Positions 10,456 through 20,370 of a stretch of DNA of 64,000 nucleotides are shown one piece after another (the first letter of the stretch is position 1; each line of letters begins with the position of its first letter). Below the pieces are notes generated by a model. It worked only from the letters and a program-made list of their open reading frames with translations. It ran no database searches and was not told where the DNA came from. Where the stretch lies: NCBI GenBank assembly GCA_045532805.1, contig JAZSGQ010000037.1, positions 5,904 to 69,903 on the forward strand. The letters run 5' to 3'. Made by a program: the position numbers and the translations under genes. The DNA comes from Eubacteriales bacterium (lineage in GTDB: Bacteria; Bacillota; Clostridia; Oscillospirales; CAG-272).

Positions 10456-11300
10456 TGCACCCCGCCGTGACAGCAGCAATCATTGTTTTCGCCACCGTCC
10501 TGGCACTTTTGGCAATTTGGCTCTTCCTGATCGCACCTCGCGCGCGTAAGCGCGCGATGCGTCCCTTTCTGCGTCCGTATGCGCACCGCGGGCTCTTTGG
10601 CGGGGAGATCCCCGAAAATTCTTTGGCGGCGTTCCGACGCGCCGCCGAAGAGAACTTCGCCATCGAACTGGATATCCAACTTTCAAAAGACGGTGAGGTG
10701 ATGGTCTTCCACGACTATACCTTGAAGCGTATGTGTGGAAAGGAAGGAAAACTCGCCGCCTTCACGTCAGAGGAACTGACTAAGATCCCCTTGAACGACA
10801 CGAGCGAAACGATCCCCACCTTCCGTGCAGTACTTGACGCAGTAGCGGGGCGCGTGCCGCTCCTCATTGAACTCAAGGGCGAGAACAGCGACACCTCGCT
10901 CGTCCCCCGCGCACTTGCCGTGCTTGCGGGCTATGAGGGCGAATGGTGTATGGAATCCTTCAATCCCTTCCTGTTGCACGCCGTAAAAAAGGCAGACGCG
11001 CGCGTGGTGCGCGGCCTGCTCTCCACCGATATGAAGAAAAGTAAAAGCAAGGGCAACAAGGCGCGCAATTTCGTGCTTTCCGCCGTACTGCTCACCTTCC
11101 TTTGCCGCCCCGCCTTCCACGCCTACGATCACCGTTATCCGAGGCGCCTTGGCGTGCAGACGGGTATCCGTCTCTTCGGTGCGGGCAACATGGTGTATAC
11201 CGTACGCGACGAGGCACTGTACAACCGCTTCCTTGACGAGGGCATCACGCCCATTTTCGAGGGCTTTGTGCCCGAACGCCGTGAGGTGCGTCTCAAATGA
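10455..11300 (+). CDS. glycerophosphodiester phosphodiesterase family protein
   Basis: HRG...ENS..AF..A......ELD......DGE.VVFHD GDPD signature after an N-terminal TM helix. Confidence 0.8.
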   Translation: MHPAVTAAIIVFATVLALLAIWLFLIAPRARKRAMRPFLRPYAHRGLFGGEIPENSLAAFRRAAEENFAIELDIQLSKDGEVMVFHDYTLKRMCGKEGKLAAFTSEELTKIPLNDTSETIPTFRAVLDAVAGRVPLLIELKGENSDTSLVPRALAVLAGYEGEWCMESFNPFLLHAVKKADARVVRGLLSTDMKKSKSKGNKARNFVLSAVLLTFLCRPAFHAYDHRYPRRLGVQTGIRLFGAGNMVYTVRDEALYNRFLDEGITPIFEGFVPERREVRLK

Positions 11301-12178
11301 AGCGCGCCGCTCTTACCCGCCTTTCCTTTGTGTTTTCCATGGCGGTGTTCGGCACGATATCGCTCTTTGTGCGCGGCATCAACCTTTCCTCCGCCGAACT
11401 TGCACTCTTTCGTGCCGTGCTGGCCTTCGGATTGCTCGGCATCTACCTGCTTCTCACGAAAACCAACCCCGTTCGCGGGCTAAATCGCAAAAATTTGTTG
11501 CTTTTGCTCTTTTCGGGCGCGGCGATGGGATTCAACTGGATCATGTTGTTTGAGGCCTACCGCCACACCACCGTGTCCTTGGCAACCATCAGTTACTATT
11601 TTGCGCCCGTGCTTGTCACGATCCTCTCCCCGCTTTTGTTCCGCGAGAAAATGACGCCAAGGCAGATCGTTTGCTTTCTCGGCTCCACGCTTGGTGTGGT
11701 ACTGATCCTCGGCGAGGGCGGCGCGGACACGGGCAACCACCTTTTCGGCGTGGCACTGGGGCTTGGTGCCGCGGTGCTTTACGCCACCGTGATGCTGTGT
11801 AATAAGTACATCAAGGACGTCAGTGGCGTGCCGCGTACCTTCTGGCAGTTTTTGGCGGCGGCGACGGTCCTGCTCCCCTATGTATTACTCCGAGGTGGCT
11901 TTGACGTAGCGTCCCTCAATGGACAGGGCCTTGCGTGCCTGCTCACCGTGGGACTGTTGCACACGGGCATCACCTATTGTCTGTATTTCTCCGCCCTGTG
12001 GCGCTTGCCGGGGCAAGAAGCGGCGATCCTTTCCTACATTGATCCGCTCGTGGCCGTGATCCTGTCGGTGTGCGTACTGCACGAGCCCATTTCGCTCTTG
12101 CAGATCGCAGGCGGCGTCCTGGTGCTCGGTTGCTCGCTTTTCAACGAGTTGCCCACGGAAAAGCAGCCCAAAACATAA
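11297..12178 (+). CDS. EamA/DMT family transporter
   Basis: 293 aa, 10 predicted helices in two EamA-like halves. Confidence 0.7.
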   Translation: MKRAALTRLSFVFSMAVFGTISLFVRGINLSSAELALFRAVLAFGLLGIYLLLTKTNPVRGLNRKNLLLLLFSGAAMGFNWIMLFEAYRHTTVSLATISYYFAPVLVTILSPLLFREKMTPRQIVCFLGSTLGVVLILGEGGADTGNHLFGVALGLGAAVLYATVMLCNKYIKDVSGVPRTFWQFLAAATVLLPYVLLRGGFDVASLNGQGLACLLTVGLLHTGITYCLYFSALWRLPGQEAAILSYIDPLVAVILSVCVLHEPISLLQIAGGVLVLGCSLFNELPTEKQPKT

Positions 12179-12185
12179 AAAACCG

Positions 12186-12209
12186 CACCCGTTAGTGGCC
12201 TAACGGGTG
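12186..12209. terminator. bidirectional terminator between the EamA gene and dapB
   Basis: CACCCGTTA-GTGGCC-TAACGGGTG hairpin with an A-run upstream and T-run downstream. Confidence 0.6.
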
Positions 12210-12223
12210 AGGTTTTGCACATA

Positions 12224-12973
12224 TTAAAGATTGCCGACTACGTCGTCCATGTTGTAAAAGCCCGCGGGCTTGCCGACAAGGAAGCGGGCGGCGCGGAGCG
12301 CGCCCGTGGCAAAGACCTCACGGGAGGCGGCGGAGTGCGAGAGCGTGACGATCTCGTCCTTGCCGCAGAACATCACCTCGTGCTCGCCAACGATGGTGCC
12401 GCCGCGCACGGCGTGCAGACCGCTCTCGCCGCGCGCTCTCTTGCGGCGCTCGGTGTGGCGATCTTATTCGTAAGGGTGTTCCTCTTCCTCGCAAAGAGCG
12501 TCCGCGATCAACAGTGCGGTGCCCGAGGGGGCGTCCAATTTCTGATTGTGGTGCTTTTCGATAATCTCAATATCAAAGTCCTCGCCAAGTGCGGCCGCGG
12601 CGCGTCGGCAAAGCGAAATGAGCAGATTGACGCCAAGCGACATATTGCGCGAGAAGAAGATCGGCACGCACCGGGCGGCCTTATGCATCAGTTCCATCTC
12701 TTCCTCGGTGTGACCCGTAGTAGCCACCACCAACGGTGTGCCCGTGCGCGTGGCGTATCCGAGCAGTGCGGGGAGAGCACTGTGATGCGAGAAGTCGATC
12801 ATCACGTCGGCGCGTCCCTCAAACTCCTCGGGAGAATGAAACACGGGATAGGGTGCGGCGGCGGTGGGATTCACGTCCACGCCTGCCACGATACGATCCC
12901 CCGCCGCCACGGCGGCGGCCGCTACGGCGGCGCCCATGCGGCCTCCACAGCCGCAAAGCAAAATATTCAACAT
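12224..12973 (-). pseudogene. dapB: 4-hydroxy-tetrahydrodipicolinate reductase interrupted by an in-frame TAA
   Basis: N-terminal (LLCGCGGRMG NAD(P) fold, EKHHNQKLDAPSGTA) and C-terminal (HAVRGGTIVGEHEVMF..LSHSA.SREVFA.GA) halves are in the same frame, separated by one TAA at 12464-12466. Confidence 0.75.
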
Positions 12974-12994
12974 TTTTACGTCCTCACTCCCCAC

Positions 12995-13888
12995 TTACAG
13001 CAGTCCGTAGGTACGGAGCACACCTGCAAGTTTTTCGTGGTTGCTCTCCTCCATCTCGCAAAGAGGCAGACGGATCTCGGGGCCGCACAGTCCCATCAGG
13101 GCACTTGCCGCCTTTACGGGAACGGGATTGACCTCGCAGAACAGGGTGTTCATCAGTTTCAGATACTTCAGTTGCATCTCGGCACCCGTCTTGAAATCGC
13201 CCGCAAGGCAAGCGGCGCACAGATCGTGTGCTTCACGGGGCTGAATGCCCGACCAGACAGAGATCACGCCCTTGCCGCCAAGCGACATAATGGGCACGAT
13301 CTGATCGTCGTTGCCGGAGTATACGTCCAGTGCGTCACCGCACTCGGCGATCAGTTCTGCGATGGCGGACAGATTGCCCGACGCCTCCTTGACAGCCACG
13401 ATGCGCTCGTGCTTGGCAAGTTCGCGATACACGGGCAAAGAAATATTCACGCCCGTGCGAGAGGGCACGTTATACAGGATAATGGGCTTGTCGGTGGCCT
13501 CTGCCGTAGCAAGGAAATTCTTGACAAGACCCTTGGGGGTTGCCTTGTTGTAATAGGGAGTGACCAGCAACAGTGCATCACAACCGACCTCGCAGGCGTA
13601 CTGCGACAGTTCGATACCGTAGGCCGTATCGTTGGAGCCCGTGCCCGCGATCACAGGAACGCGACCTGCCACGCGCTCTACGGAGAAGCGCAACAGTTCG
13701 CAGTGCTCCTCGTGTGTAAGAGTCGCGGCCTCGCCCGTAGTGCCTGCCACCACGATCGCGTCGATGCCGCCTGCAATCTGCCAGTCGATCATACGGCCAA
13801 AGGCCGCGTAGTCAACACCGCCGTCCTTGAAGGGGGTCACGATAGCGGTTGCGGCTCCCGTAAAAATGCTCTTCTTCAGCGTGCTCAT
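12995..13888 (-). CDS. dapA: 4-hydroxy-tetrahydrodipicolinate synthase
   Basis: 297 aa; GTTGE, YNVPSRTG and active-site region KEASG typical of DapA. Confidence 0.9.
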   Translation of the reverse strand: MSTLKKSIFTGAATAIVTPFKDGGVDYAAFGRMIDWQIAGGIDAIVVAGTTGEAATLTHEEHCELLRFSVERVAGRVPVIAGTGSNDTAYGIELSQYACEVGCDALLLVTPYYNKATPKGLVKNFLATAEATDKPIILYNVPSRTGVNISLPVYRELAKHERIVAVKEASGNLSAIAELIAECGDALDVYSGNDDQIVPIMSLGGKGVISVWSGIQPREAHDLCAACLAGDFKTGAEMQLKYLKLMNTLFCEVNPVPVKAASALMGLCGPEIRLPLCEMEESNHEKLAGVLRTYGLL

Positions 13889-13943
13889 ACTATGTTGCTC
13901 CTTTAGCGAAATTTGCCCGTTTTTCGGAAAACACAGGAGAAAA

Positions 13944-14185
13944 TAAAAAAACCGGTTGAAAACCAGCTGTTGTTGTACTATAATATAAGAAGGGCAATCC
14001 CCTCATAGCAACATACAGATAGCTCTCCATCAAATGCTTGACGACAGTTCCACAGCTCTGAACCGTGTGAACCAGCAAAGCGCCCGCCGTGAACGCCCCA
14101 CTTCGGCATAGCCGCGCTCCCACGGGGGCTCTGACGGTAACGGCTACCTTGCCCCGATGAGGTCACAACATGCACCTCTATCAAT
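13944..14185 (-). promoter_or_regulatory. lysine (L-box) riboswitch plus terminator in the dapA leader
   Basis: Minus-strand AGAGGTGC..., GGGAGCGCGGCTATGCCGAAG, AACTGTCGTCAAG and GGAGAGCT L-box core blocks, followed by a CUGGUU-UUC-AACCGG hairpin with a U7 run (13944-13969). Confidence 0.7.
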
Positions 14186-14281
14186 ATATTATGTTTTTCC
14201 GACGAACATCGTCACCCTTATCTTATCATATCATACGGCACTTGTCAACACCTTTTTGCGAAAAGTGCCGAAAGGAGTTAT

Positions 14282-15361
14282 ATGGCAGAAGTCATCAGAA
14301 ACACCCTGGCCCCCACCGATCTCAAGACCTCGGATTTTTATTATGATCTCCCCCCCGAACGCATCGCACAGCACCCGATGGAACGGCGTGACGGCTCGCG
14401 TTTGATGGTGCTCCATCGCACCACGGGCGAGGTGGAACACAAGCATTTTTACGATATTCTTTCCTACCTGCGCGAAGGTGACGTGCTGGTGATCAACGAT
14501 TCCAAGGTGATCCCCGCGCGCCTTTACGGCCACGCAGCGGGCAGACCCGACGCCAAGGTGGAGCTGCTCCTTCTCCGTCAGCGCGAGCTCGACACCTGGG
14601 AGTGCCTGGTGAAGCCAGGCAAACGCGCCCGGCTCGGCGCCGAAATGGTGTTTGGCGAAGGACTGCTGACGGGCAGCGTTCAGGATATCGTAGAAGAGGG
14701 CAACCGCCTCATTCACTTCACCTACGACCGCTCGAACGGCACGTCGATCTACGACATTCTGCACAAGATCGGCCTGATGCCCCTGCCCCCCTACATCAAA
14801 GAGCGTCTTTCGGACAACAGCCGTTATCAGACCGTCTACGCCCGCGAAGAGGGCTCGGCGGCCGCGCCCACGGCGGGACTGCACTTCACACCCGAATTGC
14901 TTGAGCGCGTGCGCGAGAAGGGCGTGGCCATCGCACCCGTGATGCTTCACGTGGGACTTGGCACCTTCCGCCCCGTTAAGGCAGAGCGCGTGGACGAGCA
15001 CGTTATGCACACCGAGTTCATTTCCGTCCCCCCCGAGAGTGCCGCACTCATCAACGAGCGTCGCGCCGCGGGCGGACGCATCGTGGCAGTGGGTACCACC
15101 TCCTGCCGCACGTTGGAAAGCGCCGCCGATGAGCAGGGCGTGATCCACCCCGTTTCGGGGGATACGGGTATTTTTATCTACCCCGGCTACCGCTTCCGCG
15201 CGGTGGACGCGCTCATCACCAACTTCCATCTGCCCGAGAGCACGCTACTCATGCTGGTATCCGCTTTCTACAACCGCGATGCCGTGCTTGCCGCCTACCG
15301 CGAGGCCGTAGAAAAAGAGTACCGTTTCTTCTCGTTCGGCGATGCGATGTTCATAGAATAA
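14282..15361 (+). CDS. queA: S-adenosylmethionine:tRNA ribosyltransferase-isomerase
   Basis: [41 protein letters not shown] QueA blocks. Confidence 0.9.
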   Translation: MAEVIRNTLAPTDLKTSDFYYDLPPERIAQHPMERRDGSRLMVLHRTTGEVEHKHFYDILSYLREGDVLVINDSKVIPARLYGHAAGRPDAKVELLLLRQRELDTWECLVKPGKRARLGAEMVFGEGLLTGSVQDIVEEGNRLIHFTYDRSNGTSIYDILHKIGLMPLPPYIKERLSDNSRYQTVYAREEGSAAAPTAGLHFTPELLERVREKGVAIAPVMLHVGLGTFRPVKAERVDEHVMHTEFISVPPESAALINERRAAGGRIVAVGTTSCRTLESAADEQGVIHPVSGDTGIFIYPGYRFRAVDALITNFHLPESTLLMLVSAFYNRDAVLAAYREAVEKEYRFFSFGDAMFIE

Positions 15362-15370
15362 AAGAAAATG

Positions 15371-15422
15371 TTGTAGGGGTCATTCACAAATGACCCGCGG
15401 GCGATTCTTGAATCACCCCTGC
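15371..15422. repeat. TTGTAGGGG-hairpin (REP-like) element, copy 1
   Basis: TTGTAGGGGTCATTcacaAATGACCCGCGGGCG followed by a second degenerate unit (GGCGATTCTTGAATCACCCC). Confidence 0.45.
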
Positions 15423-15547
15423 GAAAAATCCCACAAGGTTGTGCCGCATTGCCAATCGGAAGATCCGCATCCCGTACACATCGGCGATGCCATGTTCCTG
15501 CAATAACCCGACCCGTTTGTGGGTATAGTAAACGTAAAGGAGAACGT

Positions 15548-15856
15548 ATGATGAGTGGCATTTTAACAAGCGGAACAGGAAACGCGGGCGGACTCGGTAT
15601 CTTCACAGATATCGCAGTGGCGGCCGTGGCGATCCTTGTCACCGTTCTTGCCATTTACCTCGCACTCAAACTGCTGGGCAAGATCGCAAAATTTATGGTC
15701 GGTGTTGTGATCGTGGCAGCCATTTTGTGGTTCCTGTTCTCGGATCACAGTATTCTGCAATCCATCGGTGCGATCGGTGACAAGATCCCTTCATTTAGTG
15801 AGATATTCGCCCAGATCCGCGATGCATTCGCGCGCATTGGCGTAAAAGGGGCATAA
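15548..15856 (+). CDS. small membrane protein, unknown function
   Basis: 102-aa ORF from ATG 15548 with AAGGAGA RBS; two hydrophobic helices. Confidence 0.45.
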   Translation: MMSGILTSGTGNAGGLGIFTDIAVAAVAILVTVLAIYLALKLLGKIAKFMVGVVIVAAILWFLFSDHSILQSIGAIGDKIPSFSEIFAQIRDAFARIGVKGA

Positions 15857-15858
15857 CG

Positions 15859-16824
15859 GTGTTGAAAAAAACAAGAATTTTAGCAATAGTCGGACCGACG
15901 GCAAGCGGCAAAACGGCGCTTGCCGTCTCGCTTGCCGAGCGTCTTGGCGGCGAAGTGATCTCCTGCGACTCGATGCAGATCTATCGCGGTATGGACATCG
16001 GCACCGCCAAGCCGACCAAGGCCGAACAGCGCGGCGTGCCGCATCACCTCATTGACGTGGCCGAGCCCCACGAGCCCTTTTCCGCCATGGAATACGTGGA
16101 GGCGGCGAACGCCGCCGTGCGCGATATCACGGCACGCGGAAAACTCCCCGTATTCTGCGGTGGAACGGGACTGTACCTCGATGCATTCCTGCGCGGGGGT
16201 ATGCCCGAGACCCCGGGCGCGGACGCACGCTTGCGCGAGGAACTCCACGCCTTTGCCCTTTCGCAGGGCGAGGAAGCGCTCCACCAAGAACTTGCCGCCG
16301 TTGACCCCGAAAGCGCCGCCGCCACGCATCCGCACAATCTGCGCCGCGTGATCCGCGCGCTGGAGATCTACCGCCTCACGGGCGTGCCGAAATCCGAATG
16401 GGACCGTCGCTCCCGCATACTCCCCTCCAAATACAACGCCGCTGTCATCGGGCTTTCCTTTACGGATCGCGCGATGCTTTACGCGCGCATTGAGCGCCGC
16501 GTGGACGAGATGCTTGCTATGGGGCTTTTGGACGAAACGCGCGCACTTCGCGAGGCGGGCGTATTTGACCGCTCCCCCACGGCGGCGGCCGCCATCGGCT
16601 ACAAGGAACTGCTCCCGTATCTTGAGGGATCGTGTACCCTGGAAGAGGCCGTGGAAGAACTCAAGACCGCTACGCGCCGCTATGCCAAGCGACAACTGAC
16701 CTGGTTCGGAGCCAAGGAATACGTCCGTTGGATCCCCGTGGATGACGGCAAAACGGCGCAAAAAAGTGAAGAAATTGTAAACAATGCCCTAACAGTTGCC
16801 TATTCCATATGGGATATGATATAA
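15859..16824 (+). CDS. miaA: tRNA dimethylallyltransferase
   Basis: GPTASGKTA P-loop, SCDSMQIYRGMDIGTAKPT, HHLID motifs; GTG start. Confidence 0.9.
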   Translation: MLKKTRILAIVGPTASGKTALAVSLAERLGGEVISCDSMQIYRGMDIGTAKPTKAEQRGVPHHLIDVAEPHEPFSAMEYVEAANAAVRDITARGKLPVFCGGTGLYLDAFLRGGMPETPGADARLREELHAFALSQGEEALHQELAAVDPESAAATHPHNLRRVIRALEIYRLTGVPKSEWDRRSRILPSKYNAAVIGLSFTDRAMLYARIERRVDEMLAMGLLDETRALREAGVFDRSPTAAAAIGYKELLPYLEGSCTLEEAVEELKTATRRYAKRQLTWFGAKEYVRWIPVDDGKTAQKSEEIVNNALTVAYSIWDMI

Positions 16825-16878
16825 TTATATATCACAGTATTACGCGCGAGAATGCGCGCGAGGGAGGAGGAACCCGCC

Positions 16879-18084
16879 GTGGACAGACAGAGAAAACTCC
16901 ATCGGGGAGAATGGCTGGGGCAGTTGCTGTGTATCCTCCTGTTGCTCGCGCTGATGGCTTCTATGCTCCTCACGGTTTCTTCGCGTGCGCGCGACGCGGT
17001 CGCGCGTGTGGAGATCCGTACCGCGTCCTACACCTTCACGGACACGCTCACGGGCTATCTCTTCCGCGATGAGAGCGTGGTGACCTCCCGCAACGACGGC
17101 GTGACCGCCTACGTGACGGCAGATGGCGAGGCCGTGTCGCGCGACAGCGCACTGGCCGCCGTATATAACAACGACACGGGCACGGACGAACGCGGCGTTG
17201 CCGCCCTTTTGTTTGCCGAGATCGAGCGCTGTGAGGCCGCCCTTGACGAGGTGGAGCGCACCTGGCAGTCCGACTACGTATTTTGCTACGATACGCTGAT
17301 GCGTGATATTGCAGACGGCGCGTTCGCACAGGCCGCCCAAGGCGGCGAAGCGCTTGGTGCCGTACTGGAACGCCGCGATGCGACAAGCGACACCGTGGTC
17401 GAGGAACTCCGCGCACGCATTGCACAGTGCCGCGAGCAGATCGCGGCGCTCACGCGCAACGAGGGCGAGCCCGAAACTGTGCGCGCCACGCGCGACGGCG
17501 TGTTCTGCCACTCGACCGACGGCTATGAGCGCGTGTTCGACGTCGGCCTTGTGCACGAGTTGACCCCCGAAGGGCTTTCCGATCTGCTCCGTACAGCGCC
17601 CGATACCGAGCCGACCGTAGGTCGCGTGGTGGATACCGCCGTGTGGTATCTGGCACTGCTCGTCCCCGCCGAAACGGCCCTTTCCTACCGAGAGGGCGAG
17701 ACCTATCCCGTCAGTTTCCCCGACCGATCTCTTGACCTCTCGCTTCGCGTGATGCGAACGGTGACGGCTGAGAACGGCGAGGACGCCCTGCTGATCCTTT
17801 GCGGTGAGTCACTCCCAGCGGCCCTTGCCGACACGCGACAGGAGACCGTGTGCATCGCGCGCGAGACGGTGAGCGGACTGCGCGTGCCAAAGCACGCTAT
17901 CTACGACGGCAACGTCGTATACGTCGAGGAGAACGGAGTGGCACGGGCACGGACCGTGACGCCCATTTGCCATGAGTACGGTTGTGTGTTGATCCAAACC
18001 GAGGGAGACGGTGCGACCCTGGTCGCAGGTGACCGCGTGCTTCTTTGCGTGCGGCGTCTCTATGACGGAAGGGTGGTATCCTGA
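16879..18084 (+). CDS. membrane-anchored protein, unknown function (HlyD-like topology)
   Basis: N-terminal TM helix then a long extracytoplasmic region; start placed at GTG 16879 behind GGAGGAGGA. Confidence 0.4.
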   Translation: MDRQRKLHRGEWLGQLLCILLLLALMASMLLTVSSRARDAVARVEIRTASYTFTDTLTGYLFRDESVVTSRNDGVTAYVTADGEAVSRDSALAAVYNNDTGTDERGVAALLFAEIERCEAALDEVERTWQSDYVFCYDTLMRDIADGAFAQAAQGGEALGAVLERRDATSDTVVEELRARIAQCREQIAALTRNEGEPETVRATRDGVFCHSTDGYERVFDVGLVHELTPEGLSDLLRTAPDTEPTVGRVVDTAVWYLALLVPAETALSYREGETYPVSFPDRSLDLSLRVMRTVTAENGEDALLILCGESLPAALADTRQETVCIARETVSGLRVPKHAIYDGNVVYVEENGVARARTVTPICHEYGCVLIQTEGDGATLVAGDRVLLCVRRLYDGRVVS

Positions 18085-18779
18085 TGCTTACTTACATTGA
18101 GAAAAATCTGGCGGCAGTACACGAAGAGATCGCCGAAGCGGAGCGCGCCGCGCACCGCGAGGGCAAGACGGTGATGCTGGTCGCCGTGAAATATGCGGCG
18201 GACGGTGAGATCGCGGCCATGCTCGATGCGGGCGTGACCGACGTGGGCGAGAACCGCGTACAGCAGTTCCTTGCCAATCTGCCGCTTTATGAGAGCCGTG
18301 ATGTGCGCGTGCACTTCATCGGATCGTTGCAAACCAACAAAGTCAAATATATCATTGACCGCGTGGATATGATCCACTCGCTGGACTCCGAGCGCCTGGC
18401 GCTTGAGATCGAAAAGCGCGCCGCCGCCAAGGATCGCGTGATCGACGTGCTGGTGGAGATCAACAGTGGCCGCGAGGACTCCAAAAGCGGCGTCCTGCCC
18501 GAGGGTGCTCTGGCGCTTTGCCGCACGGTCACCTCACTGCCCCACCTGCGCCTTGCGGGCTTCATGACCATGGGACCTGTCTGCGAGAGCGAGGCGGCAT
18601 ACCGCACGTACTTCGCCGAAACCGTGGCGCTTGGCAAGCAACTGTGGGCGTCTTTGGGACTCGAGGGCGAGCCCGCCTTCTCCATGGGAATGTCCCAGAG
18701 CTTCGGCGCCGCCATCAAGGAGGGCGCGCAATACGTACGCGTTGGCAGACGCTTGTTTGCGGGACGCGATGAAACCTGA
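18084..18779 (+). CDS. yggS: YggS-family pyridoxal-phosphate homeostasis protein
   Basis: LVAVKY (PLP lysine), GENRVQ, HFIGSLQTNKVK, MGMS motifs. Confidence 0.85.
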   Translation: MLTYIEKNLAAVHEEIAEAERAAHREGKTVMLVAVKYAADGEIAAMLDAGVTDVGENRVQQFLANLPLYESRDVRVHFIGSLQTNKVKYIIDRVDMIHSLDSERLALEIEKRAAAKDRVIDVLVEINSGREDSKSGVLPEGALALCRTVTSLPHLRLAGFMTMGPVCESEAAYRTYFAETVALGKQLWASLGLEGEPAFSMGMSQSFGAAIKEGAQYVRVGRRLFAGRDET

Positions 18780-18828
18780 ACGAAAATAAAAAATAAATAT
18801 AGTCAAAACGAAAAGGGAGGTTCACACG

Positions 18829-19245
18829 ATGAACATTTTCAACAAGAAGACCAAGGATTACAACTACGATGACAACTACGACAACAACTTCTACCGCGCC
18901 GATGAAGAAGAGGACGTGGTGAGCGACGAGGAAGAGGTGATCACGCCCGTTGCCGCTCCCCAGAAAAAGCAGGCCGCTCCCGCAGCACAGGGCGCACTGA
19001 AGGTCGTAAAGCCCCACAGCGCACAGGACGGCCTCACCATTGCCGACTACCTGATGCACGGCTACACCGTTGTGATGAACATTGAGGAGTTGGATCGCGC
19101 CGTGACCATTCGCCTCATCGACTTCCTGCAGGGCGCACTGCACGTACTGGACGGCGAACTGCGCCGCGTCACCAAGAGCACCTTCGTTCTCTCTCCCCGC
19201 AAGGGCGAAGTGAGCGAGGAAGACACCGCAAACGGCGAGTACTGA
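18829..19245 (+). CDS. sepF: cell division protein SepF
   Basis: Acidic low-complexity N-terminal half then the conserved SepF core (IADYL..G..VVMN...LD...RLIDFL.GA...L.G.L). Confidence 0.85.
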   Translation: MNIFNKKTKDYNYDDNYDNNFYRADEEEDVVSDEEEVITPVAAPQKKQAAPAAQGALKVVKPHSAQDGLTIADYLMHGYTVVMNIEELDRAVTIRLIDFLQGALHVLDGELRRVTKSTFVLSPRKGEVSEEDTANGEY

Positions 19246-19275
19246 TCTCTCAAAACATAATCGCAGGAGGATGGC

Positions 19276-19551
19276 ATGGGTCTGATCGCAAAACTCATCA
19301 TGAATACGGCGACAACACTGATCTTTGTGCTCGAAGTCTGCATGCTGATCCGTGCCGTCCTCTCCTGGTTTCCCATTCGCGACGATCACCCGATCGCGGT
19401 GCTTTTGTTCACTGTGACCGAGCCCGTCATTTTCCCCTTCAGGCGGTTGTTTGACCGCATGGGGTGGTTCCGCAATCTGCCGTTGGATATGCCCTTTCTG
19501 TTCGCCTGTCTCGTGCTGGCGGCACTGGGTTCACTGTTGCAAACGTTATGA
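19276..19551 (+). CDS. yggT: YggT family membrane protein
   Basis: 91 aa, two TM helices, IRAVLSWFP motif; position after sepF. Confidence 0.8.
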   Translation: MGLIAKLIMNTATTLIFVLEVCMLIRAVLSWFPIRDDHPIAVLLFTVTEPVIFPFRRLFDRMGWFRNLPLDMPFLFACLVLAALGSLLQTL

Positions 19552-20336
19552 GTGCGCAGGACCCGATGGAACTCCTGCTCTCACACGTGGACGATCTTTT
19601 GCGCCGCGCCGACGCGGGCGAGGTGACGTACACGGCGTTCCTGACGCCCGGGGAGCAGATGCGGATCGAAAAAGCACTGGGCAAGGGACGGGAGGATCTC
19701 CGCTTTGACGGTGGCTATCCCGATGCCGAACGGCGGCGCCTTTACTGTCTGCCGCCCTATATGCAAGGAGTGGACGATTCCCTGCTTGACGATTACCTTG
19801 CCGACGTGCGCAAGGAGTCTCTTGTCGCACTGGAGATCACGGGAAGTTCCTTTCGGGAACTTGCCCACAGAGATTACCTGGGTGCCGTACTGAATCTCGG
19901 CACCGAACGCTCGGCCTTTGGCGATCTTTGCGTCACCTCGGCTCACAGCGCCGTTTTGTTTTGCGACCGCGTGATGGCCGCATTCCTCACCGAATCCCTC
20001 ACCCGCGTGGCCAACGATGCCGTGCGGGTAGGAGGCATTTCCCTGCCCGAGCATTTCGACGGCGGACGGCGTTTTCTCGCCGTCAGTGACACCGTGGCCT
20101 CTCCCCGCGCCGACGGCGTGGTGGCGGCGCTCGCGGGCGTTTCGCGCGAGCGAGCGCAGGAACTGTTCCGCCGCGGTCTTGTCGAGATCGACTACGAGAC
20201 GGCGGACAAGCCCGATAAGCCCCTTACCGAAGGGTGCGTCATCGTCATTCGCGGAAAGGGCAAATTTGTGCTCCGTTCCCTCTCGGACAAGACCAAAAAA
20301 GGCCGCTACCGATTGCTGGCCGACCAATATTTGTAA
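19548..20336 (+). CDS. ylmH: S4-domain RNA-binding protein YlmH
   Basis: FLTPGEQ N-terminal motif, C-terminal S4-like region; ATGA overlap with yggT; conserved division-cluster position. Confidence 0.7.
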   Translation: MSAQDPMELLLSHVDDLLRRADAGEVTYTAFLTPGEQMRIEKALGKGREDLRFDGGYPDAERRRLYCLPPYMQGVDDSLLDDYLADVRKESLVALEITGSSFRELAHRDYLGAVLNLGTERSAFGDLCVTSAHSAVLFCDRVMAAFLTESLTRVANDAVRVGGISLPEHFDGGRRFLAVSDTVASPRADGVVAALAGVSRERAQELFRRGLVEIDYETADKPDKPLTEGCVIVIRGKGKFVLRSLSDKTKKGRYRLLADQYL

Positions 20337-20370
20337 GCAATTTCATTGTCTATACAGGAGTAAATGAACC

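Noticed and set aside
12464-12466. Alternative genetic code or programmed readthrough to explain the TAA in dapB
   Set aside because: TAA terminates other clearly complete genes in the window (e.g. hprK, rlmH), and no recoding signal is evident. A mutation or sequencing error is more parsimonious.
20337-20370. Expected T-box leader upstream of ileS
   Set aside because: Only 34 nt separate ylmH from ileS, which is no room for a T-box. ileS appears to be co-transcribed with the division cluster.
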